DNA from: Pseudobdellovibrionaceae bacterium
GTDB taxonomy: Bacteria > Bdellovibrionota > Bdellovibrionia > Bdellovibrionales > UBA1609
NCBI GenBank assembly: GCA_020635055.1
Contig: JACKAN010000001.1
Location: 153,266-217,265 of the forward strand
Length of the DNA: 64,000 nt
Reading direction: 5' to 3'
Part shown: piece by piece, positions 36,695-46,022 of the stretch
Position numbering within the stretch: position 1 is the stretch's first letter
Layout of the letters: each line of letters starts with the position of its first letter
Program-made: the position numbers and the translations under genes
Notes under the pieces: generated by a model
What the model saw: the letters and a program-made list of their open reading frames with translations, nothing else
Told to the model about the DNA's origin: nothing
The model's database searches: none

Positions 36695-37888
36695 TTAAAA
36701 CCTTTTAGCAAGGCCAATATTAAAACCCAAATATTGTTTTGAGAGCGATCTACTGTTGTTTGCATTGCCGTTTATTTTTGCCTGACTTGCATTCACTTTT
36801 GAAAATTCAATACCAGTAACAAGATCCCAGTTGGGCAGAAAGTTTAATTCAGTATATCCATTTAACAATAGTCTTAACATAGTTGGTTTTTCATAACTTG
36901 CAGTGGCTGACAAATTTGTTTCAGTAATATTACAATAAACTATACAAAAATTAAGATCTAATTCAAATTGACTTCCCCATGATGGAGACAATACTTGCAA
37001 ACCTAAATTTAATCCTAAAGATGTCATATTTAAGCTGTCATCACCTTTAACTTCGTTTAAGTGAAGGGACGAGCCTATTAAGGGAATTAACTGGTGACTC
37101 CCAAGTGTCCAAATATAATTTTCAGGTTGTTTAGCATTAATTAAAATTTGAGTGTTAGATACCCCATGAAAAGCGGTAGTTAGACTCGGCTTAGATTTGG
37201 ACAGATCATCTTTACCAACAGAATATGATAAAAAGACTCTCCCGTTCTTATGAAAATCAAAGTTAGAAAAACCGCCAAGACGCAAACTGCCGCCATCAAA
37301 TTTTTGATTATCAATCGAAAATTGGCTTTGTCCGTAACTAAAAATCATCCCCGCAAAACTTGTTTTTGGTTTTTCCCAGATACTTAATTTATCTGGATTT
37401 TTTAATAATAAGTGATCTCCAACAAGGATTTCATCTCTATAAGGGCAAAGGGAAGTGTTTACAAGAATTAACTCCTCTTCAATTGCTGAAATAGGCAGGA
37501 GGCAAATGTCATTTTGTGTTCTAATATAGGCTATGAAAACATTGTTAGTGTTGAGATTGTGATTTGAAAGTTTCAAGTAAATTAATTTCTTAGATTCAAT
37601 GACTTTTTTTACTTGAAAGTTTGTATTGATAAACTCAGTTGGAACTTTAAATTTTGTGTAATCTATTTTTTCTTTATTAAATGGATTTAAGCTTTTATTC
37701 AGTCTATTAAGAAAAGAATCTGAGTCTGAACTCGTTTCAATATTTAAATCAGGTTTTGATTTTGTGTCTTCAATGGTTGGATTGGAAGTGATTTGATCAC
37801 TGGCTGTTGGGTTTTCTTTAGCTTGTAAAAGAACACTATTTTGGAGAAAAAACAAACTGAACATCAATGATAAAAAAACAAGTTGCAT
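36695..37888 (-). CDS. Hypothetical outer-membrane beta-barrel-like protein
   Basis: Start trimmed to MQLVFLSLMFSLFFLQNSVLLQA|KE (signal peptide). The C-terminal half is beta-strand-like and ends in ...GLAKRF, a terminal Phe typical of outer-membrane proteins. Confidence 0.5.
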   Translation of the reverse strand: MQLVFLSLMFSLFFLQNSVLLQAKENPTASDQITSNPTIEDTKSKPDLNIETSSDSDSFLNRLNKSLNPFNKEKIDYTKFKVPTEFINTNFQVKKVIESKKLIYLKLSNHNLNTNNVFIAYIRTQNDICLLPISAIEEELILVNTSLCPYRDEILVGDHLLLKNPDKLSIWEKPKTSFAGMIFSYGQSQFSIDNQKFDGGSLRLGGFSNFDFHKNGRVFLSYSVGKDDLSKSKPSLTTAFHGVSNTQILINAKQPENYIWTLGSHQLIPLIGSSLHLNEVKGDDSLNMTSLGLNLGLQVLSPSWGSQFELDLNFCIVYCNITETNLSATASYEKPTMLRLLLNGYTELNFLPNWDLVTGIEFSKVNASQAKINGNANNSRSLSKQYLGFNIGLAKRF

Positions 37889-38041
37889 TTTCACAGCTGT
37901 ACCCCTGGTCACTGAGTTCGATTGTATCAGTTTATTTAGTAAAAACAAAACCAACTAAAGGTCCATAAACTTTAATCTAGTTGTTCGTTACTATCTAAAT
38001 TATCATTAAGTAAATGTAAGAATTTAACGATTTACCTTCTG

Positions 38042-40552
38042 ATGAATATTAAAGATTTATTTATTCAGTTTATGGCATTTGTTTTGGTATTTTCTACAAA
38101 CATATCCTGTGCTCCTGACCCAGGTACAAGTTCACTACAGTCTTCATCGCCAGATCCAGAAATACCGCCTTCAACGCCACCAACAACTCCACCCTCGACT
38201 CCAACATCAGTATTTAGTATCAGCCCTAATGCTGATGGTTGGATGAAGATAACAGGACCATCACCAATTAATAATTCTTATTTTGGTATGGGAATTGCCG
38301 TTGGAGACTTCGATGGTGATTCTATAAAGGACATGGCTGCCGGTGCTTATTTGGCAGATATTGGAAATTCGAATACAGATACAGGAGCTGTTTTTATTTA
38401 TCTTGGTAGTTTAAGAGACTCAAGTTTTGAAGACAGAACTTACAATCAAACAATCAGTGCGCCAAATTTAAATAATAGCCAGTTTGGATTTTCTGTACTT
38501 GCATTTGATGTGAATAGGGATGGCTTTGATGATCTCATAGTTGGAGCTACTGGGGAGGAGCCAAGTGATCGAGGAGCTGTTTATATATATTATGGATCAA
38601 CAAATGGTCTGAACTCCACTCCTGCTCAAACAATTGTTGAACCTACGGCAACTGCAAGCTCAGGTTTTGGAAGTGCATTAGCCTATGGCGATTTAAATAA
38701 TGATGGCTTCAATGAATTAATTGTTGGTGCTTACTTGGACGATACAACCGCAGCAGATGCTGGTTCATTTTGGATTTTTCAAGGTTTTGCGAGCAACATA
38801 TATTCAACTGCTTTTGCAACAGAAGTTAGACTGGCTACTGGTTCCGCTGCTGATTACTTTGGAACAGCCCTTGCTGTTGGCAATTACAATGGCGATGCCA
38901 ATTTAGATATTTTTGTGGGCGTGCCGAGATCAGATGTAAATGGTTTAGATTCTGGAAGTGTCTACGTCTATAATGGTACGGGGAGTTCGGCCACATGGGT
39001 AACTTCTGTAACTGTACCTGATGCCTCTATTCACAACCCTTACTCTGTGGCTTCGGATTATTTTGGCTGGTCTCTAGCAATAGGAGAAGTAACTGGTGAC
39101 TCCACTCAAGATTTAATTGTGGGGATTCCCTTTTCAGACTACTTTGGTACAAACCAAGGCATGGCCATTATTTACAATGATATTGGTTCCAATCAGACGG
39201 CAAATAATATTATACCTGGTGTACAATCTGTGTATACGACTACTTATTCAGGTTATGGTATGGCGCTTGCAGATTTAAATGGGGACACAAAAGATGATTT
39301 TTTATTTGGCTCACCATTATTTACAGGTGATGGAGGGTATCGACAAGGACGAATTGATGTTTACTACTCAAATAGTTCAGGTCTTATTAATTTTTCATTT
39401 CCAGATTTAATTTTTTATGCTTGGGAAGATGAAACCCATGGCAATTACTCTAGTGGCAGTGATTATTTTGGCAATGGAGTTTGTGGCGGAGATATAAATG
39501 GTGATGGAAAAGAAGATTTAATTGTAGGTGCTCCTCTCGATGATTCAAGGTATGCTGATCAAGGTGCAATTTATATTTATCTCAATCGAGAATCAAATTT
39601 TTTAAATAAACCAGACATAATTTTAAATACAACAGGTTATGAACTTTTTCAAAAACAATATGGTTCTAGTTGTTTAGTTATGGATTTCGATCGTGATGGT
39701 AATAATGATTTATTAGTTGGTGCACAAGCCGATGATATTGGGGGTACAGATGGTGGTGCTGTATTTATACATTTTGGTACGGGTTCTGGATTATCGAAAA
39801 TGCCAAGACAGGTAATAGTTGATCCAGGAGATACTTCAAACGGATTTGGTAGTGCAATAGAAGCTGGTGATATCAATAACGATGGATTTCCTGATTTAGT
39901 TATTGGGGCTTACCTAGATGATACTGGCGGTACAGACAAGGGAATCGTTTATGTTTATGAGTCAAACAACACAACTGGACAAATTGACATAAACTCATAC
40001 ACGACTTTTCAAACAGTTGTGAATAATACGGAATGGTTTGGTGCCGCACTGACAATTATTGATTTTGATGGTGATGGCGATAATGATTTACTTGTTGGTG
40101 CCCCTTTCAATGACACAGCAGCAACAGATTCGGGACGAGTGGTTGTATATGATAATCCCGGCACAGTTAATACTCTACTTGATAACACAGCGGACTCATT
40201 TATTTATCATCCAACCACGGCAGCTAATTCGCAATTTGGACAGGGCTTAACTACAGGGAAATTAAATTCGTCGATCTATAAAGATTTAATAATTGGCGCT
40301 TATAATGATGATAGTCTTTATACTAATGCTGGTGCTATTTATATTTATAATGGGAGTATAACGGGTCCAAGTGCAACTTTTAATCAAGTGTATCAAGGGC
40401 TCGAAGGCGTAGATAGTACGAGTGATGGCTTTGGTTTTAGTATAAGTCTTATAGATTTTAATAATGATGGTAAGAAAGATATTGTAATAGGAACACCTTA
40501 TGACGATTCACCAGGTCTAAATGTTGGTTCCGTTTTTATTAAAATTCAGTGA
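38042..40552 (+). CDS. FG-GAP repeat (integrin-alpha-like beta-propeller) exported protein, possibly a lipoprotein
   Basis: 836 aa. The N-terminus ends ...STNISC|AP and is followed by a Pro/Ser/Thr linker. More than 10 repeats of the FG-x-(A/S)-x-x-GD-x-N-x-DG-x-x-DL-x-VGA type follow. Confidence 0.85.
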   Translation: MNIKDLFIQFMAFVLVFSTNISCAPDPGTSSLQSSSPDPEIPPSTPPTTPPSTPTSVFSISPNADGWMKITGPSPINNSYFGMGIAVGDFDGDSIKDMAAGAYLADIGNSNTDTGAVFIYLGSLRDSSFEDRTYNQTISAPNLNNSQFGFSVLAFDVNRDGFDDLIVGATGEEPSDRGAVYIYYGSTNGLNSTPAQTIVEPTATASSGFGSALAYGDLNNDGFNELIVGAYLDDTTAADAGSFWIFQGFASNIYSTAFATEVRLATGSAADYFGTALAVGNYNGDANLDIFVGVPRSDVNGLDSGSVYVYNGTGSSATWVTSVTVPDASIHNPYSVASDYFGWSLAIGEVTGDSTQDLIVGIPFSDYFGTNQGMAIIYNDIGSNQTANNIIPGVQSVYTTTYSGYGMALADLNGDTKDDFLFGSPLFTGDGGYRQGRIDVYYSNSSGLINFSFPDLIFYAWEDETHGNYSSGSDYFGNGVCGGDINGDGKEDLIVGAPLDDSRYADQGAIYIYLNRESNFLNKPDIILNTTGYELFQKQYGSSCLVMDFDRDGNNDLLVGAQADDIGGTDGGAVFIHFGTGSGLSKMPRQVIVDPGDTSNGFGSAIEAGDINNDGFPDLVIGAYLDDTGGTDKGIVYVYESNNTTGQIDINSYTTFQTVVNNTEWFGAALTIIDFDGDGDNDLLVGAPFNDTAATDSGRVVVYDNPGTVNTLLDNTADSFIYHPTTAANSQFGQGLTTGKLNSSIYKDLIIGAYNDDSLYTNAGAIYIYNGSITGPSATFNQVYQGLEGVDSTSDGFGFSISLIDFNNDGKKDIVIGTPYDDSPGLNVGSVFIKIQ

Positions 40553-40718
40553 TTTTAGTTCCAAATTATCGGAAAAAAATACTGCCCCAAAGCCTTCTGT
40601 GGACGAAGATATGGGGCGACATAAATAAAGTAGCAAATGCTGCGCAACAACCTAAACAACTAGTGAGTTATCAAAAATCGGGGTAATGCGGAAAGTTCCT
40701 TCGCTTTCGCGACAGAAA

Positions 40719-41234
40719 CTAGTTACTCTTATTACAGTAGGCAACTAGATCAGTAAATTTTTCTCCTAATTCATCATCACCAGTGAGAGGATGAGTTACA
40801 TAAACCTCTTCTTTTAAGCTCAATCTAACTTCTCCAATTTTTTTCTCTGGTTTTTCCATATCTGATAAATCTAAGTCCGAGGAGGCTGTAATTCCATTGT
40901 GCTTTGATGTAATACTCATTTCTCCACCCTGAGAATTCATGTAATATCTAAATGAATAGTCCTCATTTTCCCAAGCCAGCGAGTAAGTAGCAGAATCTAA
41001 AGAGCTTGAAGGGATTGGGGTCTCTTCATCTACAAAAACCTTACCATCAGGTTCTTCATCGGTTGTTGAGTATCCTTCTTTGGTCTGAAGTAAATAGCTG
41101 ACTTCAAAGGTACAGGTAGAATCCTTATTTTTTTTCATTAATTCCTTTGTTAATTGATTGTCCCTTCCGCCAGCAGTAGCTAAGCTCGAAAAAAGAAAAG
41201 CCAAAATTAATACATGTATTTTTTTTGTTAACAT
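40719..41234 (-). CDS. Hypothetical secreted protein
   Basis: 171 aa with a signal peptide (SLATA|GG). I recognise no family. Confidence 0.45.
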   Translation of the reverse strand: MLTKKIHVLILAFLFSSLATAGGRDNQLTKELMKKNKDSTCTFEVSYLLQTKEGYSTTDEEPDGKVFVDEETPIPSSSLDSATYSLAWENEDYSFRYYMNSQGGEMSITSKHNGITASSDLDLSDMEKPEKKIGEVRLSLKEEVYVTHPLTGDDELGEKFTDLVAYCNKSN

Positions 41235-41423
41235 ATAATCCCCCCTTTTGTTGTTGGCATTTCTATCACTGATCTAGTTAATTCAAAGCTTATCCACAAA
41301 AAATTGGACTAATGAAACTTGTTCATGGCTATAGACTTAAAAAATATTGAAGAATTAACAGGGTTTATGATCAAACTAAAAACAATGGCATCCTAAAATA
41401 AGAAAGAGGATCTGGAGCCCGAA

Positions 41424-42737
41424 CTATTTTCCTAATAAGCTTTGGCAGTGGTTTTTAAGGCGGGAAGTTGCATATCTTAAATCAATACCTAAGCTATCTC
41501 TAAAATAGTCTAAAACACTTGGGCTAATTCTTTTTGTAATCCAAGAGTAGAATTTAAAAGAAGGGTCTAGACCCAATTTATAAACTCCTGCTCCTAAAAC
41601 AGTAAGCATAAGCAACATAGCATGACCGTCATACACTTCAAGTGGACCCATGCTCAAAAGTGTATTCGCACCTGCTCCCGATGCAATCGCAAGAACAATG
41701 GCATCTATTCCAAGAATTGGCATTTCTGAAATTTTCCTGTAAACACGGGCTTCAGAATTTTTTGTGACTCCCTTTTGCTTATTTGCCCAGTCGCCAATAA
41801 CTTTTGTGATAACGACATAATAAAATAATGTTTGTAATAACATGGTCACACTTTGTGTGGAGGCAAATTCAATAGCCTCTTTTGGAAAGGCAGCCATGGT
41901 TTGTTGAACCGAGTGAGTTTTTAAAAATTCAACAAGGGGAGTGTATTGTCCAAAAATATTGAAATTGAGTACAAAGGGTAGGGTAATAGACAGTTGTTTT
42001 AAAAAAGCTTCTACAGTATTCGAGCCTGGTCTTAATAACCAATTCATGATGAATTTTGTGTAAACGGCATAGGCGCACAATAAAACTGTATGAAAAGTAA
42101 CTGTAAGTAGAGCATCCGTAGTAGGTAATGTGTTGAACAAATAGTATACTGTACCTGTTTCAATAAGAGCAGTTGAGGCAAGAGCAGCAATGACTTCATT
42201 ACTGTGTGGAGATTCAAAATCCCTTTTAAGACTCGGAAACCAGTGAATAACTCGATCTATAAAGACTTTTGCTGATCTTATAGTTAAGTCATTTATTTTT
42301 TCCTTGGGCATTGAAATTATTTTTATTTGAATTTGCTCTTGAAGACCTAATCTATATAAAATTTCCTGGTTGTTTTGTCGGAGTAATTCTTCAGAGTGAA
42401 TATCCACTCCAGCAATATAAATTATGCCTCTAAAATTTTCCTTTTCAGTACGGGATAATATATTTTGTAGGGCTAATTCAAAACTACCAATGTCCCCATT
42501 CGCTATTGGGATACCCACAGATTCATTAATTATCATTTTTCCTGTTTGAGTATCAAAATCTTGTGGACAAAAAAAAGTGGTACATTTTTCTGCAGAATAA
42601 CTCATCCGAATTGGAAGACGTTTTTCGGGGTCCAAAATTGATAAAGAAGCATTGTTGGCATAAAGCGTATGTGGTGGTAGAAGAATCTGAATCACTAAGA
42701 TAAAGCATAAAAAAAGATGAAAACTTTTCTTTATCAA
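41424..42737 (-). CDS. Hypothetical membrane protein (exported N-terminal domain plus polytopic C-terminal half)
   Basis: 437 aa with a signal peptide (TLYA|NN), a soluble region of about 170 aa and then about 6 TM helices. I recognise no family. Confidence 0.45.
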   Translation of the reverse strand: MIKKSFHLFLCFILVIQILLPPHTLYANNASLSILDPEKRLPIRMSYSAEKCTTFFCPQDFDTQTGKMIINESVGIPIANGDIGSFELALQNILSRTEKENFRGIIYIAGVDIHSEELLRQNNQEILYRLGLQEQIQIKIISMPKEKINDLTIRSAKVFIDRVIHWFPSLKRDFESPHSNEVIAALASTALIETGTVYYLFNTLPTTDALLTVTFHTVLLCAYAVYTKFIMNWLLRPGSNTVEAFLKQLSITLPFVLNFNIFGQYTPLVEFLKTHSVQQTMAAFPKEAIEFASTQSVTMLLQTLFYYVVITKVIGDWANKQKGVTKNSEARVYRKISEMPILGIDAIVLAIASGAGANTLLSMGPLEVYDGHAMLLMLTVLGAGVYKLGLDPSFKFYSWITKRISPSVLDYFRDSLGIDLRYATSRLKNHCQSLLGK

Positions 42738-42824
42738 GCTTCCCCCATTCCCCTAAAAGATGTTAATCACTACTAGGGCGCAATTAGAGGGGTCAAGGGC
42801 TTATAAGAGAAATGTATACTTTAC

Positions 42825-43490
42825 TCAGAAACCAAAAATTTCTGGTGTTGGCAAGAGTTTCATTTTCCTTTTGTGATTAGCCAGGAAGCCCTTAAATCTT
42901 TGAAGCTGCTGTTTGGCATAGCCTAATTTTTTTGTACCTAACTTGGCTTCTCCAACAGCATAAATATTGCAAGTATTTTTGTCAGCAACGATAAAATCTA
43001 ATTCACCGATGATTTTTGAACTTTGATCGTCATGATAGGCCACTGAGCCAGTAATGAACATGTTTTCAGGATTGTCTGAAGGAAAATCATCATAAAGCAT
43101 AAGTGCGCCTAGAAGTTCTAAGATTTCACCTTCGCTGCTTAAATCAAAATCCATAAGAGGTGCATGAGAAATTATAGTTTGATAGTAATCTTGGTTTGGA
43201 GAGTCCGAGTGAGCGGGATTATAATTCCAGGCTTTAGAACCCAAGGCTTTTTTCCATAGTCGAGTTACAGTATTGCGGTCAATGGGGTGTTCATAGTCGA
43301 AGCCGTGTTTTTTAGCTCCACGAATACCCACTGTAAAGTAAAAAATATCATCCGAAAAATCAGATAAACTTACTTGTTGGCATTTTTTAGGGATGAGTTG
43401 GTCCTTACGCAAGCTTTCAAATAAGTTTTGAGCATTTAAGGTTTGCGTGAATAAAAATGAAAATAAAATAATTTTAAGACTATGAACCAT
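42825..43490 (-). CDS. Exported protein with a PD-(D/E)xK nuclease-like motif
   Basis: Start set at the ATG at 43490, preceded by GGGAGGGG. Signal peptide (TLNA|QN). The C-terminal GELDFIVADKNTCNIYAVGEAKLGTKK fits the D...(D/E)xK restriction-endonuclease-fold signature. Confidence 0.45.
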   Translation of the reverse strand: MVHSLKIILFSFLFTQTLNAQNLFESLRKDQLIPKKCQQVSLSDFSDDIFYFTVGIRGAKKHGFDYEHPIDRNTVTRLWKKALGSKAWNYNPAHSDSPNQDYYQTIISHAPLMDFDLSSEGEILELLGALMLYDDFPSDNPENMFITGSVAYHDDQSSKIIGELDFIVADKNTCNIYAVGEAKLGTKKLGYAKQQLQRFKGFLANHKRKMKLLPTPEIFGF

Positions 43491-43601
43491 AACCCCTCCC
43501 TGTAGAACCAAATCCATTTTTCCATTTATGGACTTCATTAGAAAGTTATTATATTGGATAGGAATTCACAAGTTAATAAGTAGTCGCAGTACTAGTAAAT
43601 T

Positions 43602-43949
43602 CTATGCGTTGATTTCTTGTTGAAGCTTTGGCTTTTTAAGGATGGTATTTTTTAAAATTAGATATGTTTTCCACACTTCAGGGTTACTTATATAGTAAAT
43701 CTGAAAAAGCCCAGATTTTTGGCAATCTACAAGTTGAGCCCTTTTTAAAACATTTAAATGTTGGGACAAATTGGGTTTTGGAATGTTTAAAATGCTTAAA
43801 ATTTCAGTACAATTCTGTTTCCGCTCAGAAAGTAGATCCAAAATTTGTAAGCGTACAGGATGTGAAAGAGCCGAGCTGACTTCAGCTAATTGTTCATAGG
43901 TGGCAAGGTCTAAGAGTGGGTTTTTATTTTTATTCATATTCGCTTTCAT
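43602..43949 (-). CDS. ArsR/SmtB-family transcriptional regulator
   Basis: The winged helix-turn-helix reads ALSHPVRLQILDLLSERKQNCTEILSILNIPKPNLSQHLNVLKRAQLV. The start is set at the ATG at 43949, because the 13 extra N-terminal codons of the longest ORF are read from inside the IS5 element. Confidence 0.8.
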   Translation of the reverse strand: MKANMNKNKNPLLDLATYEQLAEVSSALSHPVRLQILDLLSERKQNCTEILSILNIPKPNLSQHLNVLKRAQLVDCQKSGLFQIYYISNPEVWKTYLILKNTILKKPKLQQEINA

Positions 43950-43988
43950 TTTAAGAGGCTGTCGCCAAAGTCCGTCATACCTAGCCAA

Positions 43989-44017
43989 TTAAGAGAGAAT
44001 ATTTTATTCTCTCTTAA
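43989..44017 (+). promoter_or_regulatory. Perfect 12-bp stem / 5-nt loop hairpin ending on the A of the IS5 transposase start codon
   Basis: ttaagagagaat (43989-44000), atttt, then attctctcttaa (44006-44017). The ATG is at 44017. Confidence 0.5.
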
Positions 44018-45030
44018 TGTTAAAAAAAGAAGATCCCCAACTGAAGATGTATGATGATTTACTAGAAAGGCTCGTCCCTGATTCTCATATCTACCGTAGA
44101 TTATCTTTATTAATTGATTTCCCCACATTGTTGACTCCTCTTGAGAGTTGTTACTCTAAATTGGGTGCAGGCTCAGAGCCTTTAACAAGGGGGTTTAAAA
44201 CTTTATTAATTCAGTTTTGGGAGGATTTGTCAGATCGACAACTAGAAAAGTACCTTCAAGAAAACAATACGGCCAAATGGTTTTGTGGATACGGGCTTGA
44301 GGAGCGCACTCCAGATCATAGTTATTTTGGGCGCTTGAGAAAAAGAATAGGTACTGAGGAGTTAAGGAAACTTTTTAATACAATCACTGACTCAATAAAA
44401 AATGCGGGTTATGTGGGAGGTGCCTTCACATTTGTGGATGCTTCATCAATGGTGGCTAAAGTAAACATATGGAAAGCCCGAGATAAGGCGATATCAGATA
44501 AAAAGAACGAAGAAAAAGATGATGATGATAATCCTAAAATGAACAATAAAAATATTGAGAGCTATTCACCAGACCCAGATGCTAGGTATGGGTGTAAGGG
44601 AAAAAATAAGTTTTGGCTGGGCTATAAAAGGCATCATCAAGTAGATATGAGCCAAGGAATAATAACAGAAGTAAAAGTCACTGGGGCTGATGTAACAGAC
44701 GCAAAAGCCTTTGTGGAAGAGGATCTTTGCCCAGATAGTGGAATGGTGTTTTTAGATAAGGGATATGATAGTGATGCTGTAGATACGGAGATAAGAAAGA
44801 AGGGTTGTGCAGATGGAACCATTAGAAAGAAGAATCGTAAATTTAAGGACAGGGATTTGGATCGTTGGAGAAGTTCAGTGCGGATGCCTTTTGAAAGTAC
44901 CTTTTCAAAAATAAGTAAATATTGTCGTTATCGAGGCAAAGAGAAAGTAGAGTTCCAGGCGTTGATGGAAGCTACAGTCCAAAATTTAAAGAGGGTCATC
45001 AGGATAGGTGCGCCCAATTTAAGCTTTTGA
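44017..45030 (+). CDS. IS5-family DDE transposase
   Basis: 337 aa. The N-terminal DUF772-like region reads FKTLLIQFWEDLSDRQLEKYLQENNTAKWFCGY. The C-terminal DDE region reads FVDASSM..., GYKRHHQVD..., FLDKGYDS.... Confidence 0.85.
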   Translation: MLKKEDPQLKMYDDLLERLVPDSHIYRRLSLLIDFPTLLTPLESCYSKLGAGSEPLTRGFKTLLIQFWEDLSDRQLEKYLQENNTAKWFCGYGLEERTPDHSYFGRLRKRIGTEELRKLFNTITDSIKNAGYVGGAFTFVDASSMVAKVNIWKARDKAISDKKNEEKDDDDNPKMNNKNIESYSPDPDARYGCKGKNKFWLGYKRHHQVDMSQGIITEVKVTGADVTDAKAFVEEDLCPDSGMVFLDKGYDSDAVDTEIRKKGCADGTIRKKNRKFKDRDLDRWRSSVRMPFESTFSKISKYCRYRGKEKVEFQALMEATVQNLKRVIRIGAPNLSF

Positions 45031-45611
45031 TGGGATTAAGGGGGAAGATAGCCCCTAAATATGAAAAATTATCCCTAAATTTTTTTTAACTCTAAAATAT
45101 TGCATATGAAATATAGCTCAGGGGATATCAAATCTTACTAAACGACTTTCATATCTGTCAGATTTGAACTGGATTTTGTAAAATGAATTTTTGCAACAGC
45201 CTCTTTAAGATTCACAAAATTAATCAGTTAATAAATTATTAAATTATAATAAAATGTTTTACAAGTATTATTAAAGATTGTGTTAAAAAGTTTATAATAG
45301 TCCAGTCTTTGATAGATTTGCGCGTTTCATAAAAATGAAATGAAACATAATTCAAAAGTTTTTTGTTGTTGTTGAGATATTATCATTACGAAGATTTTCA
45401 TGTGGAGATGAAGATGTTCGTGTCTCATTTTGAGATACAAATCAAATGAAATCTTTTTCAAAAAAAAGCCTATACTAGGCTTAAAAGGCCCATTGGGAAA
45501 AGCTTTGCTGTTAAACTTTTTAAATATTAATACCGATAAGTATATTGAAGTGAAATCTATGATATTATCAATGTGAGATGGGATTTCTCTTTAAAGTATG
45601 GAGAGCGGTTT

Positions 45612-46022
45612 ATGAATGAAAGGCGTAGACAGCAGCTCCATGAGTTACCCCTTGAGCTAAGGGCATACATCAATCAGCAGGTTTCCACATTGACCCCCTT
45701 TTGCTTACCGGACTCAAGAGCTGCGGTTACAGTTATCAAAGAAGTTGATAAAAACGGACAGGAAGAGTTCGTTGTTACAGTTTCTTTGTGCAGTGAAGGT
45801 ACGGAAGTTAAATCTACGAGTTCTTCTGACAATATGTATGAAGCCACACGCAGAGCCTGTGAAACTTTACTTGAACATCTCAATCGTATTCATTCAGAAA
45901 TTGTTGACGAAATGGAAACCAAAGAACAGGTTCAACAAAGTGCAAATTCTAATGAAGAAGTAACCGATGATGATAGCAATGATGGTGAGGATTCAGGTGG
46001 CGGGAAAGCCGTTTGCCATTAA
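45612..46022 (+). CDS. Possible ribosome hibernation factor (RaiA/HPF, S30AE)-like protein with acidic tail
   Basis: Start set at the ATG at 45612, with GGAGAG upstream. The pattern LPLELRAYINQQVSTL...AAVTVIKEV...FVVTVSL...EVKSTSSSDNMYEATRRACETLLEHLNR resembles the beta-alpha-beta-beta-beta-alpha HPF fold signature. The match is weak. Confidence 0.35.
   Translation: MNERRRQQLHELPLELRAYINQQVSTLTPFCLPDSRAAVTVIKEVDKNGQEEFVVTVSLCSEGTEVKSTSSSDNMYEATRRACETLLEHLNRIHSEIVDEMETKEQVQQSANSNEEVTDDDSNDGEDSGGGKAVCH

Larger units (their letters stand above)
43955..45203 (+). mobile_element. IS5-family insertion sequence, apparently intact (1249 bp)
   Basis: The terminal inverted repeats are GAGGCTGTCGCCAAAGTCCG (left) and the reverse complement of the right end, GAGGCTGTTGCAAAAATTCA. 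They match at 14 of 20 positions, and the first 8 are identical. They are flanked by direct TTTAA at 43950-43954 and 45204-45208. The element carries a single DDE transposase ORF. Confidence 0.8.
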
